NCBI GenBank assembly: GCA_003550345.1
Contig: PUJZ01000027.1
Span: 15,134 to 79,133, forward strand
Source: Methanomassiliicoccaceae archaeon
GTDB taxonomy: Archaea; Thermoplasmatota; Thermoplasmata; Methanomassiliicoccales; Methanomethylophilaceae
Length of the DNA stretch: 64,000 nt
Direction of reading: 5' to 3'
Part shown: positions 45,550 through 55,118 of the stretch, piece after piece
Position numbering within the stretch: position 1 is the first letter of the stretch
Layout: the number at the start of each line of letters is the position of its first letter
Translations under genes and position numbers: made by a program
The notes under the pieces: generated by a model
What the model was told of the DNA's origin: nothing
The model's database searches: none
Seen by the model: only the letters and a program-made list of their open reading frames with translations

Positions 45550-46011
45550 ATGGATGATTTCGACCTCGATGACATCTCCGACCAGCGTCTCACGGAGATG
45601 TTCTCCCTCGCCGGCTGCCAGGACTGCGGCGCCTGCGCCCGGGCCTGCCCCAGCGCCAGGCACGGGGGCATCGACCCCCACGAACTGGTCCAGGGGATGC
45701 TCGGCGGGGGGAGCGAGGAGAACGTGTGGGACTGCCTCCTCTGCTACATCTGCGATGACGTCTGCCCGGCGGACATCGGGATCGCCCTGCTGATAACCCA
45801 TCTCCGCTACCGCTCCGCCCTGGAGGGTGATGCCCCTGGGCGCTTCAAAAGGGGCGCGGCCTCCTTCCTCAAGGAGGGCCGCGGCTTCCCCAAGGGGCCG
45901 CGGACGGCCCGGTCCCGCGAGGACCTCGGCCTGCCCGAGATGGGGAACGGGGACCGGGCCATGCGGGAGCTGGGCAAGATAGTCTCGCGAACGAGGTTCT
46001 CCCATGAATGA
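45550..46011 (+). CDS. hdrC: heterodisulfide reductase subunit C-like 2x[4Fe-4S] protein
   Basis: CQDCGACARACP and CLLCYICDDVCP. Trimmed to ATG 45550 (MDDFDLDD). Confidence 0.7.
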   Translation: MDDFDLDDISDQRLTEMFSLAGCQDCGACARACPSARHGGIDPHELVQGMLGGGSEENVWDCLLCYICDDVCPADIGIALLITHLRYRSALEGDAPGRFKRGAASFLKEGRGFPKGPRTARSREDLGLPEMGNGDRAMRELGKIVSRTRFSHE

Positions 46012-46786
46012 TCCCTACCTCTATCCTGGCTGCGCTATACCCGCGAAGCTCCCCTTCGTTGAGGCCGCCGCCCGCTTCCTGCTCGACGCCCTTGGGATCG
46101 CCCATGAGGACTTCCCGGACTTCACCTGCTGCGTCGAGCCGGTGGGCCTGAGGTCGCTGGGGCTGGAGACCTGGCTCGTCAGCGGGGCCCGGCTGCATGC
46201 CATCGCCGGCCGCGGCGGGCGCTCGGTCCTGACGCTCTGCGACGGCTGCACCCTGTCATTGAAGGAATCGGGAGAGCTGCTGGACGCCAGCGGCAAGGGG
46301 ATCGCCGCCCCCGTGCTGAGGGAGCTGGGGATGGAGTACCGCGGCCAGGCCGAGGTGCTGGGCCTGATGGAGCTCCTGCACTCCCGCCTCGAGGACCTCA
46401 AGGGATTGAGGAGCGGCGACTGCAAGCTCCGCCTGGGCATACACCCGGGCTGCCATGCCGAGCACCTCTCGGAGAACTCCGGCGGCGCCAGCGCCATGCT
46501 CGCGGAGATCGTCGAGGCCCTGGGCTGCGAGGCGGTGCGGGCGAGGGAGCGGGTATGCTGCGGAGGCTCGCTGACATCGGTCAACGACGAGGTCTCGAGG
46601 AAAGTGAGCGAGGAGGCCGTCTCCTCCTACCCGGGCGTGGACGCGCTGGTAACATCATGCCCGTTCTGCTTCCTGCAGTTCGACACGGTCACCAGAAGAA
46701 TCCCGGTCATCCACGTGGCGGAGCTGGCGGCCGGCTGCCTCGGCTGGGAGCTGGACTGCCTCTCCCATCATCGCACCCGCCTCTAG
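46004..46786 (+). CDS. hdrB: heterodisulfide reductase subunit B-like protein (two CCG domains)
   Basis: CCVEP, CDGC, CCGG and CPFC follow the CCG-domain pattern. 8-nt overlap with the hdrC-like gene. Confidence 0.7.
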   Translation: MNDPYLYPGCAIPAKLPFVEAAARFLLDALGIAHEDFPDFTCCVEPVGLRSLGLETWLVSGARLHAIAGRGGRSVLTLCDGCTLSLKESGELLDASGKGIAAPVLRELGMEYRGQAEVLGLMELLHSRLEDLKGLRSGDCKLRLGIHPGCHAEHLSENSGGASAMLAEIVEALGCEAVRARERVCCGGSLTSVNDEVSRKVSEEAVSSYPGVDALVTSCPFCFLQFDTVTRRIPVIHVAELAAGCLGWELDCLSHHRTRL

Positions 46787-47595
46787 AGCAGGTGCAGGGA
46801 GAACTGCAGCGACGGGGCGGAGTGGGTGAGGAAGCCCATCGACACCCGGTCGGCGGCCGCGGCGTACAGGGGGGCCTCCGCGGGGCCGATGCCGCCGGAC
46901 GCCTCGACCATCACGCCGGGGTGCTCCTCCTTTATCCTGAGGTAGCAGCGGCGGGCCTCCGCGGGGCTCATGTTGTCGAGAAGCACCACGTCCGCCCCCC
47001 AGGAGGCGGCGGCGAGGGCGGCGGCCAAATCCTCGGCCTCAACGACCACCGTGCCTGGCCCCCTGCCCTCGAGGAGCGCGAGGGCCTTGTCCATCCCCCC
47101 GGCGGCGTCGATGTGGTTGTCCTTGACCATGATATGGTCCGAGAGGCTCATGCGGTGGGGCTCGCCCCCGCCCAGCTCCACCGCCTTCTTCTGCAATGCG
47201 CGGAGCCCCGGCAGGGTCTTGCGGGTGGCGGCCACGGTGACCGCCGGGTTCACGGCGCGGCAGCCCTCCAGGACCTCCCGCGTGACGGTGGCGACCCCGG
47301 ACATCATCATCATGATGTTGAGGCAGGTCCTCTCCCGCAGCAGTATCTGGCGCAGGTCCCCCTCCACCCTCATCACCTCGTCGCCGGCGGCGAGGTGGGA
47401 GCCGTCCTTCATGACAGCGATGACCTCCAGGCCGCCGTCGCGGAACAGCCATGCCGCCTCCTCCGCCCCGGCGAGCACCCCGGGGGCGCCGCTGCTCACC
47501 GTGGCGCGCGCCTCGGCGCCCGCGGGCACGAGCAGCTCGCTGGTGACGTCGCCCGCGGGGGCGTCCTCCTCCAGGAAGAGCCTCAGTCGCTCCAT
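46783..47595 (-). CDS. nadC: nicotinate-nucleotide pyrophosphorylase (carboxylating)
   Basis: EDAPAGDVTS, RERTCLNIMMMMSGVAT, TRKTLPGLR, VKDNHI, LLDNM. Confidence 0.9.
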   Translation of the reverse strand: MERLRLFLEEDAPAGDVTSELLVPAGAEARATVSSGAPGVLAGAEEAAWLFRDGGLEVIAVMKDGSHLAAGDEVMRVEGDLRQILLRERTCLNIMMMMSGVATVTREVLEGCRAVNPAVTVAATRKTLPGLRALQKKAVELGGGEPHRMSLSDHIMVKDNHIDAAGGMDKALALLEGRGPGTVVVEAEDLAAALAAASWGADVVLLDNMSPAEARRCYLRIKEEHPGVMVEASGGIGPAEAPLYAAAADRVSMGFLTHSAPSLQFSLHLL

Positions 47596-47599
47596 ATGC

Positions 47600-48847
47600 C
47601 TACTCCAGCTCGTAAGTCTTCTCCAGCTCCGGGAGTATCACGTTGTACCTGCCGTTCAGCTCCTCGTAGAGGGGCTCGCGGCTCTCGGAATGCATTATCA
47701 CTATGTTCTGCGGGTCGCAGCCCTTCACGAATGAGACCAGCTGGTCATGGTCGGCGTGGGCGGAGAAGTCGTACCTCTGCACCTCGCAGTTGATCTTCTC
47801 CATGCTGCCGTCGATGTTCACATAGCCCTTCTCCAGCAGCATCCTGCCGTTGGTGTCCTCGGCCTGGAAGCCGGTGATGAGGATCGCCGACAGGGGGTCG
47901 TCCTTGACGCTCTTCATGTAATTGAGCACCGGGCCGCCGTCGAGCATCCCGCCGGTGGTCACGATTACCTCGCCCTTGCGCGCCTTCCCGCGCATCTGGG
48001 CGTTCTTCACCTCCTTGAAGGCCCTCCGGGACGCCCGCAGGGCCTTGGGGTTGATCAGGTACTCGGGGTACTGCATGTACATCCTGGCGATGGAGCGGCC
48101 CATGCCGTCCAGCCACTTGTCGTAATGCGTGCCGTTGAGCAGCATCATGACCTCTTGGGTCCTGCCCACCGCGAAACAGGGAATCAGGACCTTGCCGCCG
48201 CGGTTGACGACCTCCTCTATCTTGTCGAGGAAGGCCTTCTCGCTCTGCTTGCGGTCGGGGTGCAGCCTTCCGCCGTATGTCCCCTCGATTATGAGGTTGT
48301 CGCACTTCACCGGCTCGGCCGCCTCGACCAGCCTGGTGTTGATGGTGTGGATGTCGCCGGTGTAGAGGGTGCTGCTCCCGTTGAATACCTGGAACATCAT
48401 CGCCCCCGGCACGTGGCCGGCGCGGTGCATCTCCACCTCCAGGTCGCCCACCTCGATGACGTCGCCGAACTCCAGCGGTATGACGTTCCTCATCGTCCTC
48501 TCTATGTCGTCCTCGTTGTAGGGCTCGGGGTACCCCTCGGCCTTGGCTATCTTCAGCGAGTCGTACATCATCATCTCCGCTATCTCCGCGGTGAGCGGGG
48601 CGGTGAAGATGTCGTTGTCGTACCTGCTGGTGAGCCAGGGTATCATGCCGCAGTGGTCGAGGTGGCAGTGGGTAAGGAAGGCGTGGTCCACCTTCGGCGC
48701 GGGCAGGGGGTAGCTCGGCGGCTTCGTCGGGCTCATTCCGTACTCGAACATCATGCTACGGCCGCCGGCCTCCATGAGCATGCCCATGCGGCCCACCATG
48801 TCCGCCCCTCCCAGGAATTTAATCTTCGTTGTCATTGGGTCATTCAC
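47600..48847 (-). CDS. MBL-fold beta-CASP ribonuclease (aCPSF2-like)
   Basis: LTHCHLDHCG (HxHxDH), beta-CASP segment, C-terminal FSAHADH...IMHSE. 415 aa, no KH domains. Confidence 0.8.
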   Translation of the reverse strand: MNDPMTTKIKFLGGADMVGRMGMLMEAGGRSMMFEYGMSPTKPPSYPLPAPKVDHAFLTHCHLDHCGMIPWLTSRYDNDIFTAPLTAEIAEMMMYDSLKIAKAEGYPEPYNEDDIERTMRNVIPLEFGDVIEVGDLEVEMHRAGHVPGAMMFQVFNGSSTLYTGDIHTINTRLVEAAEPVKCDNLIIEGTYGGRLHPDRKQSEKAFLDKIEEVVNRGGKVLIPCFAVGRTQEVMMLLNGTHYDKWLDGMGRSIARMYMQYPEYLINPKALRASRRAFKEVKNAQMRGKARKGEVIVTTGGMLDGGPVLNYMKSVKDDPLSAILITGFQAEDTNGRMLLEKGYVNIDGSMEKINCEVQRYDFSAHADHDQLVSFVKGCDPQNIVIMHSESREPLYEELNGRYNVILPELEKTYELE

Positions 48848-49256
48848 CTACTATCTGTATGATGAGTTCGCGGCGGCGGTCCCTGACGTCGTTCTCCACC
48901 AGGGCGACCTGCTGCCATCGGCCCAGGTCCATCTCGCCGTCCGTGAACGGGATCGTGATCGTTCCGCCCAGCACGCTGGCGCGGATATGCGAATGGCCGT
49001 TGCCGTCTCCCCAGACGCGGTCGTGCCGGTACTCGGCGTTCCGCGGGGCCATCCGCTCCAGGGCGTCCGACAGGTCCGGCTCGAGCCCGGCGTCCCTCTC
49101 CATGAACACCAGCGAGGCGGTCGAGCCCTTGGCGAAGATGCAGAGCAGGCCCTCCTTCAGGCCGCTCTCCTTCAACGCGTCGCGGGCGTCGCCGCAGACG
49201 TAGAGCGCATCGCCGCTCCTGGTGTCGTAGCTCAGGACCTTCCTGTAGACCCCCAT
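48840..49256 (-). CDS. yjbQ: YjbQ/UPF0047 family (secondary thiamine-phosphate synthase) protein
   Basis: GDGNGHSHIRASVLGGTITIPFTDGEMDLGRWQQVALVE matches the YjbQ signature. Confidence 0.8.
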   Translation of the reverse strand: MGVYRKVLSYDTRSGDALYVCGDARDALKESGLKEGLLCIFAKGSTASLVFMERDAGLEPDLSDALERMAPRNAEYRHDRVWGDGNGHSHIRASVLGGTITIPFTDGEMDLGRWQQVALVENDVRDRRRELIIQIVGE

Positions 49257-49448
49257 CGCTGAAGCCTAACAACAACACCTTTATTTAATTTCCCCCGGAA
49301 CGCCGATGCCATGGAATGCTGTCCAGCCACGCTCCGCCGGCCTTCGCGGCCGCTCCGAGCTTATAAAGAACGCCCTGATAGGCGAGTGATAAACATTAAA
49401 TAATCATGGCAATAATACAAAGAATGTCGGACTCATGTCTGACAAGGG

Positions 49449-50237
49449 ATGCACATGAAGACAGGGTTTGGGATGACCAGCCGTGGCTATCGTAACCGGG
49501 GCTCGGACGGCAGGGGCGACGGCGCCCCTGGCCGTGGACCGAGGCCGGGAAGGTCCGCCGACAGGCCATACAGCTTCCTGGCCGCCGTCAAGTACACCTT
49601 CGTCCTGTCCCTTCTCCTGTGGTGGCTCCCCATATTCGGCCAGATGATCTCCGGCTACGTCGGCGGCAGGAAGGCGGGCTCGCCCAACATGGGCATGCTC
49701 GCCGCCCTCATACCGGTGGGGGCCTTCACCGCCCTGATCTACGCCATCGAGACGGGGACCATCGCCCCCATCGATTTCATAAACGGCAGCAACGCCGCCC
49801 TCCTGGACGCCTTCAGCGCCGAGCTGCCCGCCCTGGGGGCGATGATGGGCGCCACGGTCGCTTACATGGACTCGTTCATGGCGGCGGTCGGCTCCACCAC
49901 CTCCCTCAACATCAACAGCTACATCATCACCATCGTCTTCGCCTACGTGGGCGGCATCCTCTCCGAGCAGGGGCGCCGCGAGATGGACTACGTGCGTCAG
50001 CACGCCCCTCCCGCTTCCAAGGCCCAGGGCAGGCCCTCCTTCGAAAGCTTCGACGAGTGCACACCGGTCAAGGGGAAGGCGGTGCGCCAGACCCCCAAGG
50101 CGGAGCCGCGGCGAAGACCGGCCCCCGTCGTGGCCGCCAACGCGTTCAACGGCCTCCTCCACCGCGCCGAGGTCAACGACCCCAACCGGGACAGGGGGCA
50201 GGGCCGCAAGGGCCGCGAGGATTTCGAGTACGTTTGA
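49449..50237 (+). CDS. hypothetical membrane protein with Arg/Gly-rich N- and basic C-terminal tails
   Basis: Hydrophobic segments FVLSLLLWWLPIFGQMISGY, MLAALIPVGAFTALIYAI and IITIVFAYVGGIL. The antisense ORF 49404..50255 has no motif support. Confidence 0.45.
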   Translation: MHMKTGFGMTSRGYRNRGSDGRGDGAPGRGPRPGRSADRPYSFLAAVKYTFVLSLLLWWLPIFGQMISGYVGGRKAGSPNMGMLAALIPVGAFTALIYAIETGTIAPIDFINGSNAALLDAFSAELPALGAMMGATVAYMDSFMAAVGSTTSLNINSYIITIVFAYVGGILSEQGRREMDYVRQHAPPASKAQGRPSFESFDECTPVKGKAVRQTPKAEPRRRPAPVVAANAFNGLLHRAEVNDPNRDRGQGRKGREDFEYV

Positions 50238-50297
50238 GCCCGGCAAGGCTAACAATTTTTATACGTCGATTTGTTGGGGTAGAAGGAGGATTGACGC

Positions 50298-50597
50298 ATG
50301 TTCTGCCCTGACTGTGGTTCCCTTATGTTCCGCAGCGGAACGACGTTCCGCTGCAGCCGCTGCGACCTGGAGACGAGCCAAGGAGACGGGTCACAGAGTT
50401 TCGTGACCAGCTCCAGGGACAAGGAGACCACCGTGATAGAGGAGGCCTCGGCCACGCTCCCCAAGACCCGGGCCCCCTGCCCGGACTGCGGGCACAGCGA
50501 GGCCTTCTTCGTGATAAGGCAGCCCCGGGCCGCGGACGAGCCGGAGACGCGCATCTACCGCTGCTGCAAGTGCAGCCACTCCTGGCGCGAGTACTGA
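50298..50597 (+). CDS. tfs: transcription factor S (TFS) / RpoM-like zinc-ribbon protein
   Basis: N-terminal ribbon CPDCG...CSRC. C-terminal ribbon CPDCG...ADEPETRIYRCCKC with the acidic DE loop. Confidence 0.85.
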   Translation: MFCPDCGSLMFRSGTTFRCSRCDLETSQGDGSQSFVTSSRDKETTVIEEASATLPKTRAPCPDCGHSEAFFVIRQPRAADEPETRIYRCCKCSHSWREY

Positions 50598-50649
50598 AAG
50601 GTCAACCTTTATTATCTAAAACGACTGTGTCAGCAAAGGAAGGGGAAAC

Positions 50650-51387
50650 ATGTTTCAGGCAAAGATCAGGTCGGACACACTCAAGGGCATAGTGAACATA
50701 ATCTCCACCCTCGTGGACGAGGCCAAGTTCAACATCGGGCCGGAGGGCCTGAACCTCAAGGCGGTGGACCCCGCCCATGTGGCGATGATCGACCTCGACC
50801 TCAAGAAGGAGGCCTTCGAGGAGTACGCCGCCGACGAGACCAAGATCGGCGTGGACCTCGACAAGGTCAAGGACGTTCTGAAGCTGGCCTCGTCCGGCGA
50901 CATCGTGGAGATGGAGCAGGACGAGGAGAAGAGCCGCCTGGTCATGAAGGTGGGCAACATCGTCAGGCGCATGAACCTGGTGGACACCTCGAGCATGAGC
51001 GACCCCCGCGTCCCCGAGCTCAACCTGCCCGCCCTGGTCGAGCTCTCCGTCAGTGAGATACAGAAGGGCATCAAGGCCGCGGAGAGCGTCTCCGACCACA
51101 TAGCCCTGACCGCGGAGCCGGACTACTTCGAGCTCTACTCCGAGGGCGACACCGACTCCGTGAACCTGAGGCTGGAGAAGTCCCAGCTCATCTCGGTGAG
51201 CGCTGATGAGAAGGCGCGGTCCCTGTTCCCGTTGGACTACTTCTCCAACCTGGTGAAGGCGGTGCCTTCCGACACCAGCGTGCGGATCAATCTGGGCAAC
51301 AACTTCCCGGTGAGGATCATGTTCAGCCTCGCCGACGGCAACGGCAGCGTTGGATACCTCTTGGCGCCCCGCATCGAGAGCGACTGA
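50650..51387 (+). CDS. pcn: DNA polymerase sliding clamp (PCNA)
   Basis: 245 aa. MFQAKI...LKGIVNIISTLVDEAKFNIGPEGLNLKAVDPAHVAM and a C-terminal GYLLAPRIE tail are typical of archaeal PCNA. Confidence 0.9.
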   Translation: MFQAKIRSDTLKGIVNIISTLVDEAKFNIGPEGLNLKAVDPAHVAMIDLDLKKEAFEEYAADETKIGVDLDKVKDVLKLASSGDIVEMEQDEEKSRLVMKVGNIVRRMNLVDTSSMSDPRVPELNLPALVELSVSEIQKGIKAAESVSDHIALTAEPDYFELYSEGDTDSVNLRLEKSQLISVSADEKARSLFPLDYFSNLVKAVPSDTSVRINLGNNFPVRIMFSLADGNGSVGYLLAPRIESD

Positions 51388-51494
51388 GGCGCATATGAAA
51401 TCATACGCGAGCAAACCCCTTCCCTCCCCCATAACTAAGGACAAATGTTTTTTACGGCGTCCCCATACTTCCGGTCTCCCGGTTCCGAAGAGGT

Positions 51495-52337
51495 GTGTCC
51501 CAATTGCCCCGTGAAGACAGTTCCATCGAATCAATGAAGGAGAAGGCCCGCCTGGTGCGTAGGCACATCGTCGAGATGACCTGCGCGGCGGGATCCGGCC
51601 ACCCTGGAGGGTCGCTATCGTCCGCCGAGATCCTCACCGCCCTCTACTTCCGCGTGTTGAAGCACGACCCCAAGCGCCCGGACTGGGAGGGGCGGGACCG
51701 CTTCGTGCTCTCCAAGGGCCACGTGGCCCCGGCGCTCTACGCCGTTCTGGCCGAGGCGGGCTATTTCCCCACCGAGGAGCTGCTCACCCTCCGTGAGCTG
51801 GGCAGCCGGCTGCAGGGCCACCCTTCCAAGGGGAAGCTGCCGGGCATAGAGATGTCCACCGGCTCCCTGGGCCAGGGGATAAGCGTCAGCAACGGGATGG
51901 CGCTCGCCGCCCGCCTCGATTCCTCCGACCACCGCATATACTGCCTCTGCGGGGACGGGGAGCTGCAGAGCGGCCAGAACTGGGAGGCGGCGATGTTCGC
52001 CTCCCATTACGGCCTGGACAACATCACCGTCTTCGTGGACCGCAACCGCCTGCAGATCATGGGCGACACCGAGGACGTCCTCTCCCTGGAGCCTTTGGAG
52101 GAGAAGTGGACGGGCTTCGGATGGAACGTCATCGTCATCGACGGCCATGACCTGGAGCGCATAATCGAGGCCTGCGAGGAGGCGCGGCGCTGCAAGGGCC
52201 GCCCCACCGTCATCATCGCCAACACCGTCAAGGGCCGGGGGGTCTCCTTCATGGAGAACAACCCCGACTTCCATGGTAAGTGCTGCAGCGAGGAGCAGAA
52301 GGACCTGGCCATGAGCGACCTGGAGGGATGCCTGTGA
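51495..52337 (+). CDS. transketolase, N-terminal (TPP-binding) subunit
   Basis: GSGHPGGSLSSAEIL, DRFVLSKGH, GSLGQG, GDGELQSGQNWEA. Start is GTG 51495 or ATG 51534. Confidence 0.9.
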   Translation: MSQLPREDSSIESMKEKARLVRRHIVEMTCAAGSGHPGGSLSSAEILTALYFRVLKHDPKRPDWEGRDRFVLSKGHVAPALYAVLAEAGYFPTEELLTLRELGSRLQGHPSKGKLPGIEMSTGSLGQGISVSNGMALAARLDSSDHRIYCLCGDGELQSGQNWEAAMFASHYGLDNITVFVDRNRLQIMGDTEDVLSLEPLEEKWTGFGWNVIVIDGHDLERIIEACEEARRCKGRPTVIIANTVKGRGVSFMENNPDFHGKCCSEEQKDLAMSDLEGCL

Positions 52338-53299
52338 AGAAGGCCAGCCAGCGCTCGTTCTTCGGCAAGGCCCTCGCGGAGCTGGGCGAGGCCGACGAGA
52401 GCATCGTCGCCCTCGACGCCGACCTGGGCAGCAGCACCAAGACCAGCGATTTCGCCAAGGTGTTCCCGGACCGTTTCTTCCAGTGCGGCATCGCCGAGCA
52501 GAACATGATGGGCACCGCCGCCGGCCTCGCCGCCGCCGGTAAGACGGTCTTCGCCTCCACCTTCGCGGTCTTCGCCACCGGACGCTGCTGGGACCAGATC
52601 AGGCAGTCCATAGCGTACCCGCAGCTGAATGTGAAGATCGCCGCCACCCATTGCGGCATCAGCGTAGGCGGCGACGGGGCATCCCATCAGGCCCTGGAGG
52701 ACGTGGCCCTGATGAGGGCGATGCCCAACATGACCGTCATTTGCCCGGCGGACGCCAACGAGGCCTACAAGGCCACCATCGCCGTGGCATCGATGCCCGG
52801 CCCCTGCTACATCAGGATGGGCCGGGCCGACTTCCCCCTGATAACCGATGAGGACGCCCCCTTCGAGGTCGGCAAGGCCAGCATACTGAGGAAGGGCAAG
52901 GACGTCACCCTGGTGGGCAGCGGCCAGATGGTATCGCTGTGCCTGGAGGCGGCCGAGATGCTGAAGGAGGAGGGGGTCGCCGCCGAGGTGCTGAACATGG
53001 CCACCGTCAAGCCCTTGGACGCCGAGGCCCTCATCGAATCGGTGGAGCGCACCCGCTGCGTGGTGACCGCCGAGGAGCACAGCGTCATCGGCGGCCTCGG
53101 CTCGGCGGTGGCGGAGTTCCTGGGCGAGAACGGCAACCAGCCCATGGTCCGCGTCGGCGTCCGGGACAGCTTCGGGGAGTCCGGGGACCCCGAGGAGCTG
53201 ATGGTGAAGTACGGCCTCACCAAGGAGGACATAGTCCACGCGGCCCGCAAGGCCATCGCCCGCAAGCAGAAGAAGAAGGGATTCCTATGGAGGAAATGA
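52328..53299 (+). CDS. transketolase, C-terminal (pyrimidine-binding) subunit
   Basis: [52 protein letters not shown] 52328 follows GGAGGG. 10-nt overlap with the N-terminal subunit gene. Confidence 0.9.
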   Translation: MPVKKASQRSFFGKALAELGEADESIVALDADLGSSTKTSDFAKVFPDRFFQCGIAEQNMMGTAAGLAAAGKTVFASTFAVFATGRCWDQIRQSIAYPQLNVKIAATHCGISVGGDGASHQALEDVALMRAMPNMTVICPADANEAYKATIAVASMPGPCYIRMGRADFPLITDEDAPFEVGKASILRKGKDVTLVGSGQMVSLCLEAAEMLKEEGVAAEVLNMATVKPLDAEALIESVERTRCVVTAEEHSVIGGLGSAVAEFLGENGNQPMVRVGVRDSFGESGDPEELMVKYGLTKEDIVHAARKAIARKQKKKGFLWRK

Positions 53300-53300
53300 C

Positions 53301-53948
53301 ATGAGGATTTTCATAGACACCGCCAACATCGAACAGATCAAGGAGATCCACAGCTGGGGGATACTCGACGGAGTCACCACCAACCCCAGCCTCATAGCGA
53401 AGGAGGGCAAGGACCTCAGGACGGTTGTGGAGGAGATCGCCGAGCTGGTCGACGGCCCGATATCGGCGGAGGCGGTGAGCCTCGACGCCGAGGCGATGTT
53501 CGAGGAGGGCATGGAGCTCTCCTCCATACACCACAACGTGAACATCAAGCTGCCGATGTCCATCGAAGGGCTGAAGGCTACCAAGGCCCTCTACAACGAG
53601 GGCGTGGACGTCAACATGACCCTGGTGTTCTCGCCGCAGCAGGCGCTGCTCGCCGCCAAGGCGGGCGCCCGCTACGTCTCGCCGTTCGTTGGCCGCCTCG
53701 ACGACATCGGCCACACCGGGATGGACGTGGTGGCGGAGATACTGGACATCTTCGACAACTACGACTTCGACACCGAGGTCATCGCCGCCAGCATCAGGCA
53801 CCCCCTGCATGTGTCCCAGGCGGCCTCCGTCGGCGCCCACATCGCCACCATACCGCATTCGATACTGCGGAAGATGGTCTCCCACCCCAAGACCGACGAG
53901 GGCATAGAGGCCTTCCTCGCCGACTGGGAGAAAGTGAAGAACCTCTGA
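53301..53948 (+). CDS. tal: transaldolase (short, fructose-6-phosphate aldolase-type)
   Basis: [38 protein letters not shown]. Confidence 0.92.
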   Translation: MRIFIDTANIEQIKEIHSWGILDGVTTNPSLIAKEGKDLRTVVEEIAELVDGPISAEAVSLDAEAMFEEGMELSSIHHNVNIKLPMSIEGLKATKALYNEGVDVNMTLVFSPQQALLAAKAGARYVSPFVGRLDDIGHTGMDVVAEILDIFDNYDFDTEVIAASIRHPLHVSQAASVGAHIATIPHSILRKMVSHPKTDEGIEAFLADWEKVKNL

Positions 53949-53952
53949 GCGC

Positions 53953-55116
53953 ATGGCACGAGACGTGGCTGTGGTCGGGGGCGGGCCCGCCGGAAGCAGG
54001 GCGGCCGCCCTGCTCGCCAAGGACTGGGACGTGGCGGTGCTGGAGGAGCACCAGGAGAGCGGGCGTCCGGTCCAGTGCACCGGACTGGTCTCGCCGAGGG
54101 TCCTGGAGATGGCCGGGGTGAGGCAGACGCCCCTCAACGTCCTGCACGGGGCGGAGATAGAGTTCCCCGGCGGCAGGAGGATCGCCGTCAGCTCGCCCGA
54201 GCCGAAGGCGGTGGTCATCGACCGCGCCGACTTCGACCGCCAGCTGGCGGAGCGGGCCATGGACGCGGGGGCGGAGTTCTTCTACGGCCGCCGCTACCTG
54301 TCCCGGCGCTGGGAGGGCCGCAGCCGCATCCATTACCGGGAGGACGGCCAGGTGGGCGAGGAATGCGCCCGCCTCCTGGTGGGCGCCGACGGCCACGGCT
54401 CGAAGGTGGCGATGGAGGCCGGAGACCCCCGGCCCCGGGAATGGGTGCGGGGGCTGCAGGTGGACCTGCCCATCGCCGACGGCTCCGACACGGTGGAGAT
54501 ACATGTGGGCAGCGAGACCGCGCCTGGCTTCTTCGCTTGGCGTCTTCCCTGCGGCGATTTCACCCGCGTCGGCCTCTGTGTCGGATGGGACCATGGGCCG
54601 CCGGCGGACTACCTGAGGGCGTTCCTCAAGAAGCTCTCCCTGGAGGACGTCAAGCCGCTGGACAAGCATTGCGGCAAGATACCTCTGGGAGGTAGGGGGA
54701 GGACCTACGGGGACGGCGTCCTGCTGGTGGGGGACGCCGCCGGCCAGGTCAAGCCCGTGTCCGGGGGCGGCCTTTTCCCCGGGCTGACATCGGCCCGATG
54801 CCTCGCCGCGGTGGCCGGCGAGGCCCTGCGCGAGGACCGCTGCGACGCCGCCTCCCTCAAGGCCTACGAGAGGATGTGGAGGAAGGAGCTGGGCAAGGAG
54901 CTCGCCCGCGGCTACCGGCTCCGCCGCGTGTTCCTCCGGATGTCCGACGAGGACATGGCCAAAGCGTCGGCGATGGTGGACCGGCCCGATGTGCAGCGCC
55001 TGTTGAACTCGGGCGACATAGACCGGCCCAGCGACCTCGCCGCGCCCTTGCTGCGGAAGGTGCCCGGGCTGCTGCGCTTCTCACCCCGGCTGGTCTCGGC
55101 CATGGTGATGAGGTGA
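53953..55116 (+). CDS. geranylgeranyl reductase family FAD-dependent oxidoreductase (second paralogue)
   Basis: DVAVVGGGPAGSRAAALLA, VQCTGLVS, LVGADGHGSKVA, LLVGDAAGQVKPVSGGG. Confidence 0.82.
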   Translation: MARDVAVVGGGPAGSRAAALLAKDWDVAVLEEHQESGRPVQCTGLVSPRVLEMAGVRQTPLNVLHGAEIEFPGGRRIAVSSPEPKAVVIDRADFDRQLAERAMDAGAEFFYGRRYLSRRWEGRSRIHYREDGQVGEECARLLVGADGHGSKVAMEAGDPRPREWVRGLQVDLPIADGSDTVEIHVGSETAPGFFAWRLPCGDFTRVGLCVGWDHGPPADYLRAFLKKLSLEDVKPLDKHCGKIPLGGRGRTYGDGVLLVGDAAGQVKPVSGGGLFPGLTSARCLAAVAGEALREDRCDAASLKAYERMWRKELGKELARGYRLRRVFLRMSDEDMAKASAMVDRPDVQRLLNSGDIDRPSDLAAPLLRKVPGLLRFSPRLVSAMVMR

Positions 55117-55118
55117 GG

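Noticed and set aside
49404-50255. 283-aa ORF antisense to the membrane protein gene
   Set aside because: It has no motifs. The plus-strand ORF has plausible TM helices and a promoter-side spacer. This remains the least certain strand choice in the window.
55105-55111. C-box-like GTGATGA / ATGATGA motifs (also at 17774-17781 and 1509-1514) as possible C/D box sRNAs
   Set aside because: All lie within or at the edges of coding sequences, with no matching D box (CTGA) at the right spacing and no terminal stem.
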